Assembly: GCA_964016885.1 (NCBI GenBank)
Contig: OZ024743.1
Span: 295,306,001-295,370,000 of the forward strand
Source: Eledone cirrhosa
Lineage: Eukaryota
DNA: 64,000 nucleotides
Reading direction: 5' to 3'
Position 1 is the stretch's first letter. The number at the start of each line of letters is the position of its first letter. The notes beneath the pieces are model-generated. The model was not told the origin of the DNA and did not search any database. It saw only the letters and a program-made list of their open reading frames with translations. Positions 1-13,801 of the stretch are shown piece by piece. The position numbers and the translations under genes were made by a program.

Positions 1-886
1 TACTGATTTCAAGAGCTTTAGTCGATCATATAAGAACCAGAAGCATTCAGGCACAACTGAATAACTATTAGGGAATTGGGAAGAAGTAAGCATGCTTCAC
101 TCTATTTCTACGATTATGTTATATCATGTTACACTATATTACGCTATACTATCATACACCACTGAGTGCTGTCACAACTCATTATTTCACAGGAGCCAAC
201 ATGACAACATACTTTCATTCCACTAACTAGAAATTGCAGTAAAATCTCCACTATTTATATACGCCGCATTAAAAACCAGTTTAAGGTAACACGCTAACAT
301 TTTTAGTAACATTAAAGACAATATATAACAATTTGTAAATATAATTTAAAAAATGACTTTGCAAAAGGTGCACCTTTTACAGGCTGTCATGAAAAAGATG
401 ATAGTTCTCGGTGGCATCACTGGCCTAATTAATGCATTCTTGATAATGAATAATCAACCACTTGTTTCCGTTCCTAAGACTTATTAGTTATTATTTTCTG
501 ATTTTTCATGATGCCCCTTTTTTTTATATTTCAAATCTATACATACATGGCTAGCGAATTAAATGATAAAAATTAAAACGAAATCATTAGTCTAATAGTG
601 AAAATGTTAACAAATGAGGAAGCGGGCCGTAATTTAATTTTATTTTTAAACAAATAAATATAGAGTGATTACCTTTACACATTCTATTACTGGAATGAAA
701 ACATTTCCGTCTAAGAAAATAACTCATCAAAAATCCCCATTTATGATTGAACACAAAGAACTTCACAGGAGGAACCACAGAAGTCAAGAAAGAACATATT
801 CGGTATTTTTCTAAATTCCGAATGGATCTCTTCATAATGAATAGTATATCCGAAATATATTGCCAATAGTAGATATGTTTCTGATT

Positions 887-1090
887 TAGGCACAAAACCA
901 GCAATTTTGGGGGAGGGGTGGTTGATTAAATCGACCCCAGTTCGTCACTGGTACATTAATTTATCGACCCCATACATATGAAAAGCAAAGCTAACCTCGG
1001 CAGAATTTAAACTCAGAAGGTAAAGGGACGTAACTCTATACGATAAAACATTGTCTGATGCTCTACCGATACTGCCAATCCATGCCCTAA
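887..1090 (-). mobile_element. tRNA-derived SINE, family A
   Basis: Reverse complement has a GGCAGTATCGGTAGAG A-box-like head, a CTGAGTTTAAATTCTGCCGAGG B-box-like motif and the shared GGGGTCGAT..GTACCAGT..TTGTGCC body seen in about 10 copies in the window. Confidence 0.8.
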
Positions 1091-2037
1091 TAAATGCGAG
1101 CAAGTTAACAAAATCTGATTCTTGTAATTCTATTTTTCTCGTCCTAACACCCCTCGCCTCCTTCCTTCCGTATCCGTGTTACCTCAATATTTACAACGCC
1201 ATCTTCATTGTACCAACCTTCACGGCATATTTTCTTTTCATGTTCCACAATTCTACAGACGAAGTGCAATGTATATATATATATAGTTGAAATTAGTGCT
1301 CGACAGCTGAACTCACGCTGCATCAACGGGTGTGTGGTTACTGGGAAATATTATTCAGAAGACACGTGGCAGAAAAGGTAACAGAAAACTCGGAAGACAC
1401 AAACACAAGGACAATTCCCGTTCATCGACTGTCTTCTGGGGATCATTATAGTTTCGAATACTTTGAAGACCAGACTATTCACCACAGTGCATCAATAACT
1501 ATTCTTGGATAGCTATTCGGGAAGGAAATACAACGGACGTTGGACAAAGAAAACACAAAAACACGTAACACAAAAAAACATCAAATAAATATCTACATAC
1601 CGATATGGAAGGGAAAAAGTTAAAATCGAAAGAAGTACACTTAATTGTAATGAGTAATGGAAGGAATAATTTAATACAATTCGGTGGTGCATAAGTCCTT
1701 GAACAAAGATTGACAAGCAATGAAGTTGGCGAAATCGACTGAACTTGTCGGTAGTCAGATTGCAAAAGAAGGGAATAAAGACTGAAACGGAAATGTTTGC
1801 TAGGGCAGTATGAACAGAAGTAGTAGGTAGGGCAGTATTAGAACTTTTAGTCGCACCTGAAAGGCATGGGCGAATATACTGCCCCGAAGCGATTTCTTAA
1901 TAAAAAAATTATAAAATTGTAAATACACATAATGGTTCTTGTTTTCTTTTGCCTACACCCAACGTTATACTTACACGTATCTATACACACAAACACACAA
2001 ACACACGCAAGTACGTTCCACTCACACACACACACTC

Positions 2038-2162
<125 letters not shown>

Positions 2163-2284
2163 CAGACAGACAAGGACAAAAAGGGAAAGAGAACGTGTGT
2201 ATGTGCCTGTTTGTATTCGTAGTATAAAAGAATAACGGTATAGTGTTTGTATTTTTAAACACCGCAGAATATAAGTTTATTATT

Positions 2285-2465
2285 TGGTAGTATCAGTAGA
2301 GGGTCGGATAGCATGCTTTGACGCATAGAGTTACGGCCCTTACCATTCTGAGTTCAAATCCCGCCGAGGTTAACTTCGCCTTTCATCCTTACGGGGTCGA
2401 TCAAATAAAGTACCAGTAATGCACTTGGTAATTGCTGGCCTTGTGCCAAAAGTAGAAGCAATTAT
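2285..2465 (+). mobile_element. tRNA-derived SINE, family A
   Basis: GGTAGTATCAGTAGAG...CTGAGTTCAAATCCCGCCGAGGTTAAC...GGCCTTGTGCCAAAAGTAGAA; near-identical to copies at 36853 and 51186. Confidence 0.85.
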
Positions 2466-2507
2466 TTATTTAAATTTACTTCAGAATATTGAATATAAAA
2501 TATATAT

Positions 2508-2593
2508 ATACAGGTTTGTCACCCAAAACATGTATACATATATTTATAAGAATGCTGTTAAAGTGTGATACATTTTTGGGAACACCATGTATA
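2508..2593. mobile_element. Tiny Tc1/mariner-type MITE relic
   Basis: Imperfect terminal inverted repeats TACAGGTTTGTCACCCAAAA / TTTTTGGGAACACCATGTA with TA at both ends. Confidence 0.4.
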
Positions 2594-3245
2594 TAACTCA
2601 CTTTCTTGAATGCCACATGCATATTTTATTATTCATTCAAATTCGGTATATTTATTTATTTCCAGCATGCAATGGATTAACATACTCTCTAAAATAACAT
2701 GGCCTCAATCAAAAATCGAACGCTAAAACAAATGTGTAAATCATAATTTAATTGGGGTATAAATACTGCAAAAACAACTAACATTTAACGCAGATCACCG
2801 AAGTTTTTATTCGCTGAAAATAAAGGAGCTCATTTTTATCTTGGATTTTCAAATCTGTTTTTGAATCTTCGTTAATATATTTCATTCATTATCGATCTAT
2901 GCCTTATGAGTGAAAATAAATATTTACATTAGAAACATTTCAATTTAATTTAATGGTCGATTACGAAGGAAATCTGTTCTCTTCACGAACTACATTGTTG
3001 ATGTTTATATATATATATATATACATACACTCAAACACACATATATATGTATATATATATATATACTGTATATATATGATTGTGTGAATGTGTGTGATTG
3101 TATCTATATATCTATATATTTACCTATCTATATATAATGTATTTATACAGACAAATTTATGCACACATACACATATATATATATGTGTGTGTGTGTGCGC
3201 GCGCGCGCGTGTGTATGTGTGTGTGTGTCTGTCTGTGTGTGTGTA

Positions 3246-3307
<62 letters not shown>

Positions 3308-3479
3308 GCGATACAACCTTGTTGCCTTAATTTATTTTAGTATTTCATGCATGTCGAAAAATGAATTTGCTCGTTACTTGCTTTGGATTCTTAAGAAAGA
3401 CCTCGGTAGGAAATATCCTATTTATGGACCGGCACCATCCCATTCAAAATGAGATCGGAGCAGACGAAGAGTTAGAGAG

Positions 3480-4230
3480 ACTGAACTGTATAGTAGGGCT
3501 CAGGCGGTAAAGATCATGGACGAGGAAGTATAGTGTAGTGCAGTGCAGGATTACCTGCTTTAACATCGCGCAGGCCATCTTCTACCAGTCTTCGATCTCT
3601 TGCCAAAATATCTAATATACATTCTCCAACAAGTGTAAGAACTCAGCATTTCCACTCTGTTCTGGAAGAGGAACTCCAGGGCACAGTAGATACCTATAAG
3701 CTTTTGATGAGGGCCACTATTGTTGGCCATATGACCTTGGGCACTTACTAGACATCTAGTCACTGCCATCGGCACCAGAAAACAGCACCTTCACCCATGG
3801 AAATCTATCGCCTTTAACAAATCTCGTAAGAAACGCAGTACGCATCCATGAACAATGACGGGTAACTGCATGTTTATCTGGACAGGTAGTTGAATCTACA
3901 CAGAATATATTATCAAAATTGCTATAGCAATCATACTGGAGATTACTGTGAGTTAGAGAGCGTGTATCAAAGAAGCTAGCGACGTGACGTGTATGAATAA
4001 TCTGGAACCAGGGAAGTGCCATAAAAAAGATATAAGCATTTTGAGACGAGCTGTTGCGTCTTTACATGTCGCTCACTCAAGTTTCTCTAACAAATGCGTA
4101 GAGAAGTAAGGAGCCATTTGGTTCAAGGATGGAACAAGGTGACTTTCATCAAAAGGATTTATCTAAGACTGGTTGCAGTTTGGGCGCAACTCCGGGCCTG
4201 GTCAACCATAGCTTGGTCACATTTGTAAAG
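3480..4230 (-). pseudogene. Highly decayed non-LTR retrotransposon (RTE-like) fragment
   Basis: Higher-GC block; minus-strand peptides (FFDTRSL.., GHMA) weakly resemble the RTE post-RT region; many stops. Confidence 0.3.
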
Positions 4231-6489
4231 ATGTATGCTGTTGAAATACGTAAAATACCCAATTATCCTAGGTAACATAGCTACTGATGCGTCCCATCTC
4301 AACTACGAGAGTGCCTTATGCAGACTATATGTACATATGTGTTTCTTATTGAGATATTTGTAGATTTCATGTTTTTAATGAGGTATATTTGTATATATAA
4401 TTATAAAAGTATACACACTACGATTGCTCATGTGTATATATATATATGTATATTAAACCCTTTCTAGAAATACTACACAAAGCTGTGTTTTATTATCAAT
4501 TAATTAGTCAAGTATCCGTTAATTATAATGAGTGCTGTCTGTGTCATTATCTTTGACGTGTATCATGTGAATTTTTCACTGCTTGTAAGCACCCACTCTA
4601 TACTTCAAACTTATTCTACTACATTATACCGTGCAAAATTCGTTTGTATTTATAGCTATTTTTTGCATTTCAGCTTTACATAAAAATACTATTTTCAATT
4701 TTCTTTGCATTATATCACAACTATCTATAGTTCGGCTAATATTCCTGAGACAAATTTGCTTTTAAATTTATCCTAAAAATTTGGTATCTAATCCTGGATA
4801 CTTCTAGACTAAAATATAGGATATTTATACATAACTTTGTTTCTCATTCTTCAAACGTGAGAAATCATTTTGATATCACATTTTGCGGTAAATATACAGT
4901 CTCTATATGTGGCAGCCACTACATATAATCAATACACAAATCTAGCATTTCCTAAATCTAACGTTAACTTCTCATAATAAACCGAAAAGAAATCGTTTCG
5001 TTTTATCATGACACTTACATTTATATGGGGTTTTTACTTTTCATTTTCTACAAAAGAATTTTACAATATGAGTGAATGAGGTCAGCTAATATAATAGGTG
5101 CCATGCAGTGGAAGCAGCTTTGCCAGAAGTCGAAACTAAAGGACAGTACTTAATATCGTGAGGTTAAACTAGATTGAGACAAAACTAGAAATCTATGAGG
5201 ATTAAGTGGAGTCAAGCGAAACTGCGAAAAGATGAAATATAATGGCAGTAGACTTTTCGGCAGCTGGTTTTGAGATGTAATATTGAAAAACGCCAAGTTC
5301 AATAATGCTTTGAAATTAGTGTCATTGATCGTTGCTTTATAGAAAAACTAACCTATACCATTCCAGCATCATCATAATCACAATAACTATTTGTGCATTT
5401 ATATATAAGATAATTATCATTATAATTATGCACTCTATTCATTCTAACATGTCTGAAATATGGAGTAGAAAAGGCATTGATTTATGTCAAATACAACGAA
5501 AACAGTGAAGTACAGATTTTATTTATGTGACAAATGATGTTGAAAGTAGAAATATGTCTTATGTTGACGTCTCAAGACAGAAGTTGGTAGACATGATTAA
5601 AAGACATCGGTTTACTGTTTCACGTGCTATGCCGATAACTATGTGGTTAGAAATCTTTAAAGAGAATGTGCTCTAACTTCAAAAGCAACCAGCATTGATA
5701 TTTTAAAAATCATAGACGTAACCGATATTTAATATAATAAATAAATGGTGGGTGTGTATTTGCAGTTTTATTTTGAGTGTTTCCTCTGTATAACTAAAAA
5801 TTCTATCATAATCATCTATAGTTGTCAGTTTTCCAGAATTGATAACTTAAGCATCAATAACATGGTTGACTTTACAATCGACTATATTCTACTGTATTCA
5901 GTCGACTATTTCATCGTATCTACAAAAACCGCTTTCTGTAATTTCTTGCCTAGTTACAAGAAGTCATCTTCTCGTGTGTCGAGGTGAAGACGATTATACT
6001 CCAGGCTTTGATGCAATTTAAGTAAAACATTACCGGTAAGCTGAAGGTCCGCATACTCTTTTCCCCCAAAATATTGATTATGTTTGAAGGATCAGAAAAG
6101 GCACCAATACTAGCATTCTAATAAGGAAATATTATATCTTAGATTTATATTTGAAATTACTACACGTTAACAAAACATCATGAAGGTTTGTAATATAATA
6201 TTACATATAACTTCACAAACCATTTCCTAAATATTTCTGAGAGACTGGATATACTACAAAGTAAATTAATATTGTTTATGCATTCATTCTATAGCTCATA
6301 AAATATGTAGGATTTTATCACAGATTTTAACACATTGAGAATCTGTTTAACAATTGTATTCGTTGATGTAGATCGTTGACGGAAAACGACAAATATGGGA
6401 AACATATATCACAGTACATTTGGAGACACCAATAGCGGCTATGTTATTTAGAATAATTGTTACGTATCTCATTATACCGGATTCAAAGT

Positions 6490-6700
6490 CGGTGGATTGG
6501 CAATATTCCTAGAATATTTTAACAATATATTTTGCAGTATTTGCACCAGCTCTGGAAGTTTTTATTTCAAACCTCGCCGAGGTCAACTTGCCCAGTCTTT
6601 ATTCTGGTTTCGATAACATAGTGTACCAGTGTATTACTGGGTCGATATACTCGACTTTACCTTCAAATAGATAACCTTGTGCCTAACCCAAAAAACATTA
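6490..6700 (+). mobile_element. Degenerate SINE, family A
   Basis: GGTGGATTGGCA..TTCAAACCTCGCCGAGGTCAACTT..GTACCAGT..CCTTGTGCCTAA. Confidence 0.65.
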
Positions 6701-7399
6701 TGCTAAGTACACATTCTGAAGCACAACCTGGCATTACACCAGTCAAGAGTCTATACAAGAGTTACCAGATATGTACGAGGGGGGACAGATAACTCGTCGT
6801 CGTCTTCTTCCAACAAAAGGTGACATTGTATTCATACGAATTACCGAACGCACATGTGTCTGGTCGTTTGTTCTATTATAAATAACATTGGAATGTCCCT
6901 CATAATTACTATAGTCTTGAATATGTAACCATAGATGAGATCATATAGGGCTAAATAGCCATAAAAAAAGAAATGCTTATACTTGGAATACATCCATCAT
7001 GGGTTTGATAAATTAAAGTTTATCTAGAGCTAAACAAGAAGTAAACCTGTAGATAATAATGAATTTGGTTTCTAACTTAGGAAGAGACCAGGTATTTTGG
7101 GATGGTGAATGTGCCAGTTATTCAACTGACTTCAATATTTGCATATCTTCATTGTCCTACTGTAGCAGCAGAGAACCGCATTCCTCCTTCGTGAATTGCA
7201 GCTTTCATAATCAATTGTCTTCCCTTGATTGGAGGATTAGCCCTAGCCATCGGTGGTATTTAAATCCTTAGACATTTCAATCTTACAAAGTTGAAACATG
7301 ACGTAATAAATCCCCCTCTAGGTCTCTACCTAACCGATTGTTTTTCTGTGAAGGGGTGAGAGTGACAAAGAAAAAGTGAGAAAGGGATACAGAGGAAGA

Positions 7400-7680
7400 C
7401 TCGATCGTATTACTTTTATTGTCCGCCTTGAAAGTATGAAAGGCACTTTTGACATTTGGTGGAACATGAATTGAGAAGGCAGCAAAACGGGACAAATACC
7501 GTAGGGAATTTTATCCTGTCTTGTAACGAACTTGCTAAGTCAATGTTTCCTTCTATACTTGTCTAGTACTTTATTTTATCGAAACCGGAAGTATAGAATA
7601 CGTAGCTGGCGGTGGCAGAATTTGAACTGTAAATATGAAAATTAGAAAATTAGCCATAAAACTTTTGCCAATTTCCGCCC
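7400..7680 (-). mobile_element. Two degenerate SINE family A fragments
   Basis: TACTTTTATT..ATGAAAGGCA and GTACTTTATTTTATCGA..GGCAGAATTTGAACT..TTGCCAATTTCCGCCC match family A in reverse. Confidence 0.5.
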
Positions 7681-8294
7681 TTCACTCATTCCAGAAGCTA
7701 CGCATTTGGTCGAATGAAAATGTTCAATTGAGATTTGAAATAGCATTGCTTATTCAGACTGCTACAAGTTTATTACAAATTGTATCCAAACATCTGTGTA
7801 TATTAAATACACTGTGCACTTCAAACAGAAACGTGTATCGATACACTGTGTTCCAATAAGCACTCCCATACAATCGTGCGTGTGTGAGAATCTATATTAA
7901 ATATAAATTATTGAATTAACGTTATTCTATCTGCCAAAAATCATTATTCAGAAATCGGAACTATCAAAGAAAATCGAAACAGGAATTCAATATTATGAAA
8001 TTGAATATTTTACTATCAAAAAGATCCATTAAATATAAAAGTTCATACGTTACTTAGTGAATGCAATGTAGAATAAACGCGTAAGATTGTTTAAACTTAA
8101 CCAGGAAGTCAGCGATTTATATAACTTTTCCATTGCTTGTCATAAAAGAAATTACAAGAAATACATTTCTCTAAAGTCATAAAAATGAATAATTTTCAGA
8201 TACTAAGTCGTGTGTGATAAGATCAAGTACTTTGCCTCTACTATCTTGCATATACATGTAAATAGATGTCGACACATAAAAATAGATTTATATG

Positions 8295-8378
<84 letters not shown>

Positions 8379-8381
8379 TGC

Positions 8382-8416
<35 letters not shown>

Positions 8417-8578
8417 GGTTGTGTGTGTGTATGTGTGTGTGAGAATGTATGCATGTATGTGCGTGAGTGTAAATATATATATATATATGTATGTAAGTGT
8501 ATATATTTAATAAAAATGGCGGCGTAGGCATTACAATACAACGGGAGGAAACATAATACTACTACTGATGATGACACA

Positions 8579-8642
<64 letters not shown>

Positions 8643-8664
8643 ATGCGTACATATGATTAAGTGT

Positions 8665-8769
<105 letters not shown>

Positions 8770-9022
8770 CATGCGTACATGTATTCATACATATAAACAT
8801 ACATACATACAAATGCAATATTTGGTAATGCAAAAGGCATTCGCAGGTTGATTAACCTTCAAGATGTTGACACTGTTTCTCTCATATCTATTTAAGATCT
8901 CTGTCTAAAATACACATACACGCATTCTCGCTTACGCGCGCACTCTTATATACATTCTCACATACACTCTCACACAACTGCAAACATACATCTTCACTCT
9001 TTTTCCATTTCTTTATCTCTCG

Positions 9023-9057
<35 letters not shown>

Positions 9058-9601
9058 AACTTATATATACACTTATACATGCATATATACATGCATATAT
9101 ATGCATATATACATGCATATATATGCACACATACATACATACATACATTCATACATACATACATACATACATACATACACATATATATATATACATGCAT
9201 GCATACATACATATATACATGCATACATACACACATGCATACATACATACATACATACATATATACATACATACATGCATACATACATATATACATATAT
9301 ACATGCATACATACATGCATATATACATATGATCTGTTTTTGTGTGTTTTCTAGTGAAATATTAACATTTATCTTTCAAATATATTATTAGATTAAACTG
9401 AGTCCATTGTATAGATACATAGAAACACATTTAAAATTGTTTACTGTTTGGCTATAATTCGCGAAGTCATTCATGGCAACGCTATAATATGCCTAAATCT
9501 ATTTACATAAACTTACATAAATCTTGGAAATGTTTTAGAATATCTTTCGAAAAAAATTTGCTTACAATTTGCTGAGATACGAGGGTATGCACCCCTCCCA
9601 A

Positions 9602-9652
<51 letters not shown>

Positions 9653-9690
9653 TTGCGAGGTTTTTTATATGAAATCGTGTGTCGAAACAA

Positions 9691-10601
9691 ATATTGTTAT
9701 ACTTGAGGAGGGTCATATTTGTGTAATATTGCCAGAATTAATAACAGAACACACTCACTGTTTGGTTGGTTTTCGCTTTTCGCTTCTGTGTCTTTTATAT
9801 CGGTAATCTAATTTATTCGGTCCTCAATGTTGCCATTGACTGACCGACGGTCAAAAATAATATAGATACAAGATAGACACAAACACATATATATAGTTTA
9901 TCAAAGTTCTTTCATTGCACATCTGCAACATCGTCAGTGGTGCTATTGTTTCCTCCCGTTACATTGTATGTCTACGCCATTTTTATTTAGTCTGTCTATA
10001 TATTTATTTATTTATTTGTTTGTTTGTTTATTATTTATTATTTATTATTTGAATGAATGGAATAACAACAACACCCAAACAAACAACACTGACCTAAGAG
10101 AAGTATAAATAAATAAATAAATAGATAAATAAATTAATAAATACATACACAAGCACAATAACAACAAACACATAAACACACACTAGTAAAGATAGAATAC
10201 ATAGAATACAATCACGAACACACATCAAACAAAACACTATACACACACGCAAACGCATGCGCAAAGAAGATAAAATAAAATAAACAAACAAACAAATAAA
10301 TAAATATATAGACAGACTAAATAAAAATGGCGTAGACATACAATGTAACGGGAGGAAACAATAGCACCACTGACGATGTTGCAGATGTGCAACGAAAGAA
10401 CATTGATAAACTATATATATATTGTATCTGTATTATTTTTGACCGTCGGTCAGTCAATGGCAACATTGAGGACCGAATAAATTAGATTACCGATATTATA
10501 GACACAAAAGCGAAAAAGCGAAAACCAACCAAACAGTGAGTGTGTTCTGTTATTAATTCTGGCAATATTACACAAATATGACCCTCCCCAAGTATAACAA
10601 T
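9691..10601. mobile_element. Fold-back non-autonomous element with ~340-bp inverted arms and decayed HHR motifs
   Basis: 9691-10030 is the reverse complement of ~10280-10601 with several substitutions and indels; both ends terminate in GACCCTCC(C/T)CAAGTATAACAATAT; homologous copy at 15730-16275, fragment at 8512-8575, same terminus at 33015-33040. Confidence 0.8.
10366..10407 (+). ncRNA. Decayed type I hammerhead-like motif (mirror copy 9900-9941 on -; paralog 16042-16083 on +)
   Basis: acca CTGACGA t gttgca-gatg-tgcaac GAAA gaac(a/t)tt g; perfect stem II, weak stems I and III. Confidence 0.5.
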
Positions 10602-10647
10602 ATACATATGTATATATATATTATTTATATACATATATATATATATA

Positions 10648-10740
<93 letters not shown>

Positions 10741-10741
<1 letters not shown>

Positions 10742-10936
10742 GTTATTCCGGGTTGAATCGGAGGTAACCACAGTAAGTAAGGTACTCAATACATAGCAGA
10801 GTATAAAAGTTTTAATATAGATGAGATTCTACAGGGCTAGAACTGTTTCATTCTTTAGAAATCATCAGTGTCTTTGAGTGATTCCTGATGAGTTCTAAAG
10901 AATGAAACAGTTCTACTCTTGTAGAATCTCATCTAT

Positions 10937-10940
<4 letters not shown>
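10741..10940. mobile_element. 200-bp PLE-derived insertion in (TA)n: tail plus inverted pair of HHR halves
   Basis: 10816-10868 is inverted against 10885-10938; flanked by (TA)n on both sides; homologous to 53113-53180. Confidence 0.75.
10880..10928 (+). ncRNA. Type I hammerhead ribozyme
   Basis: gattc CTGATGA gttc-taaa-gaat GAAA ca-gttctactct-tg TA gaatc; full core, 5-bp stem I, GUA triplet. Confidence 0.8.
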
Positions 10941-11008
<68 letters not shown>

Positions 11009-11057
11009 TATAGTGACGAAACATAAGTCAATTGCATGAACTCATAATCCTTTATTT

Positions 11058-11113
11058 ACTGCTATATATATTTCGATGATAGCCATTGAATGGCTATGAC
11101 CGCATCAGGCAGT
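11058..11113 (-). ncRNA. Type I hammerhead motif with core variant (CTGATGC)
   Basis: actgc CTGATGC ggtcatagcca-ttcaa-tggctatcatc GAAA tatata TA gcagt, then AATAAA; partial paralog at 42139-42201. Confidence 0.65.
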
Positions 11114-11919
11114 TAGTCAGTTCTTAGATATGCCAGCTCTGTGTTTATAGTGTTGATGGTATCAGAGCCTGGGACATATGAGCTTGTTAGGAATAATTTA
11201 ATGTTGTCAGCAGGAATAGTCTTGTTTCTCATTTGTCAGTTTGTAGATGGTAGTAGGGTTGGTATTTGACCTCGAAAGCAGGTGGTATTGTAAAGTTCAA
11301 ACCGTCAGGCAAGATGACAATAGTTCCATATGACTGATTTTCACCAAAAGCATTCCTGATCAGATATATATTCAATTAAGGTTAATAGTATGAAATAGAT
11401 ACTACAGGTCATTCTTAAATTGAGGAATTTATGTGGAGTGGTGCTACTGAAAGTTTATGGTTAGAGTAGAAAATTTACAAATAAAAAGACTTATGTAGGT
11501 TGGCTTGCACGTACACTCACACCCACCTCCACAGACACACACACACATCCACACATACAAAATGTGGGGTGGTAATACTTAAAATAATGGTTAGAGTCCA
11601 ATACTTAGATAGTTTAGAAAATTTAGAAATAAAAGGTTTATGCTGGTTGACTTGTACATACACTCACACCTACCCCCTCAGAAACGCTCACATCTACACA
11701 CACATATCCATACAGGTGTGTATATATATATATATGTATGTATGTACGCACAAGTATATATATATATGTAATATATATATATATATATACACAGAACATA
11801 CATATATATGAAATATATATATATTTATATATATTTAATTTGTTTTGTGATATTTTGCATTTTTGCAATAATATACACATACTGAAATTCATCCGCCAAA
11901 AATAAGAGTTGCCTCCCTT

Positions 11920-12320
11920 GTCGAGCCCCACGTGGGTATCAGTAACGGTCATTCCTTTGCTTGGCACTTGAACTAAAACCTGTTGAGAAAGTGACTTCCT
12001 TGTTCAATCATCTTACCAGAAGCCTAATATTATTTGTCTAAGCCGACAGTACTTGATTTAGGAGTCGCAGAAACCAAAATACTGGATTTTACCAACCATC
12101 CAGGTCCGGGTAAATTTTCAATCACATATTTTTTTATTTGTTTGACCCGAATTACTTGGTCGTTTCTATGGTTGTGCGTATGACGGTTTAACCATCGTCT
12201 CAGTGTGTTCGGCCTTTAACGTATGTTGTAGCTCTGGTTCGTCAGAATTATTGAGCGCTTGCCACACATCTCGGAGGTTGTTTTTCGCTAATTCCAAAGC
12301 CGAAATACGATTCTCGCTAA
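11920..12320 (-). repeat. Unclassified dispersed repeat, diverged paralog at 61190-61432 (+)
   Basis: Shared collinear words GCTCAATAATTC.GA, ACGACCA.G..ATTCGGGTCA and TTACCCGGA; both copies abut (TA)n. Confidence 0.5.
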
Positions 12321-12332
12321 TTTATATTTATA

Positions 12333-12364
<32 letters not shown>

Positions 12365-12370
<6 letters not shown>

Positions 12371-13345
12371 AGTAATAAACAAAAACAAGAACAATAACAA
12401 ATAGTGCAGTACGAACAGTGTGGTATTAGGTTCACGCTTGAGAGTGGGGGTGAGGGTCGACGTTTCGGGCATAAGCCCTTCATCAGGAGAAAAGTGGGAA
12501 GGAAAAAAGTTCCGAGAGTGTGATGGGGAGTGGTGGAAAGACATTAAAAAGGGTGAAAAAAAATTAAAAGAGAATGAAAAAAAATTAAAATGAAAACAAG
12601 TGGTGAAAGGGTGTAAGGCGTGTAGAGGTGGTGGTGGGTGGATGGAGGGGCGAGAAGGGATAAGGAAACAGGGGGTCTGAGTGGGGAGGGGGAAGCTGGT
12701 GGGTGTATGTGTGTACGTGTACGTGTGTGTGTGTACGTGTGGATGTGAGTGTGAGGTTCCATATTCGGGTAATAAAAGTCCGGAGGCCGTGTAGGTGTAT
12801 GTGAGGATACGCACGTGTGTGTGTGTTTTTTTTGTCTGGTGTGAATACGTGGTAATGTATGGTTGGATACGTGGGAATGTATGGTTGGATACGTGGAAAT
12901 GTATGAATAGTGTGTTTCTGTGAGTGTGTGTTCCTGAATGTTTTCCCGGTGACTGTATGGACAGAAGGTGAACAAATCCGGGTATAAAGAGGTCGATGTC
13001 CAGAGCGGGTGACCAGTGGTGTGGGATCCGTGGAATTAGTGAAAGGAAGTAGAAAATTGTCGGGCGCGCGTTAAACAGGATGTAGTCAAGAAGGTCAAGA
13101 CAATGGGTGGAGAAGGCAGGGCGAAGGATGCGAGAGAGCGATAGGAGATATCAGTTAAGAGGGTGACAGACAGGCGAGTAGTAGTTGGCAGGTGTGGCCT
13201 GTATGTGTGTGTGTGTGGCATGTGTGCATGTGGGGGGTTGTGTGTATATTAGTGGAGATGTTAGTAGGATATGTGTGTGGGGTGTTGGTAGTCGGGGGAA
13301 TGTGAGAAGGTGCTGGGTATTGTATGAGTGAGTGTGACATACTAG
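12365..13345 (-). mobile_element. Decayed Penelope-like element 3' part (Neptune/Penelope-like linker, pyrimidine-rich UTR, HHR, tail)
   Basis: Minus-strand peptide LSRILRPAFSTHCLDLLDYILFNARPTIF...LVTRS...TVTGKTF resembles the PLE RT-EN linker; ends in an HHR and a ~90-bp tail at (TA)n. Confidence 0.5.
12456..12490 (-). ncRNA. Minimal type I hammerhead ribozyme (PLE type)
   Basis: tctc CTGATGA a gggc-ttat-gccc GAAAC GTC ga; ACGT palindrome replaces stem III; stem I only about 2 bp. Confidence 0.7.
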
Positions 13346-13758
13346 TGTGTGTATATAAATGTATATATATATACATTTATGTATAATGTATATAGATAGA
13401 TATTTATATACATGTGTATGTATATACTGAAAAGTTGATTTGCGAATATGCAGATCTGACTGATCAGCCAGTCTGCTAATATGCAAATCAGGCCAATCAG
13501 TCACTGTATATTTTAGAAAATAGCATATAGTTTCACTAGCGCAAGCAGTGGGTAGGTGAACAGTGAACTGTACTGATCAAGGGTGATACCCATAAACATT
13601 AGTGTCTACAGTTCTGTTTACATGCCAACAAAAGAGCAAGAATGAAGGGTTTCTTCTACTTACATGGGTTTTAAAATCAGGCTTGTTTGCATAACTGCAA
13701 ACGAATCGAATGTTATTATTAATATTCGAAAAACTCAGATTACATTTATTGCATGTAT

Positions 13759-13796
<38 letters not shown>

Positions 13797-13801
<5 letters not shown>

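Noticed and set aside
1440-1500. Possible HHR on minus strand (CTGTGGT gaata..tattc GAAAC)
   Set aside because: Core and stem I too degenerate to separate from chance
5950-6040. Exon-like segment ending in CCG/GTAAG
   Set aside because: Stops in all three frames after the candidate acceptor; no recognisable protein
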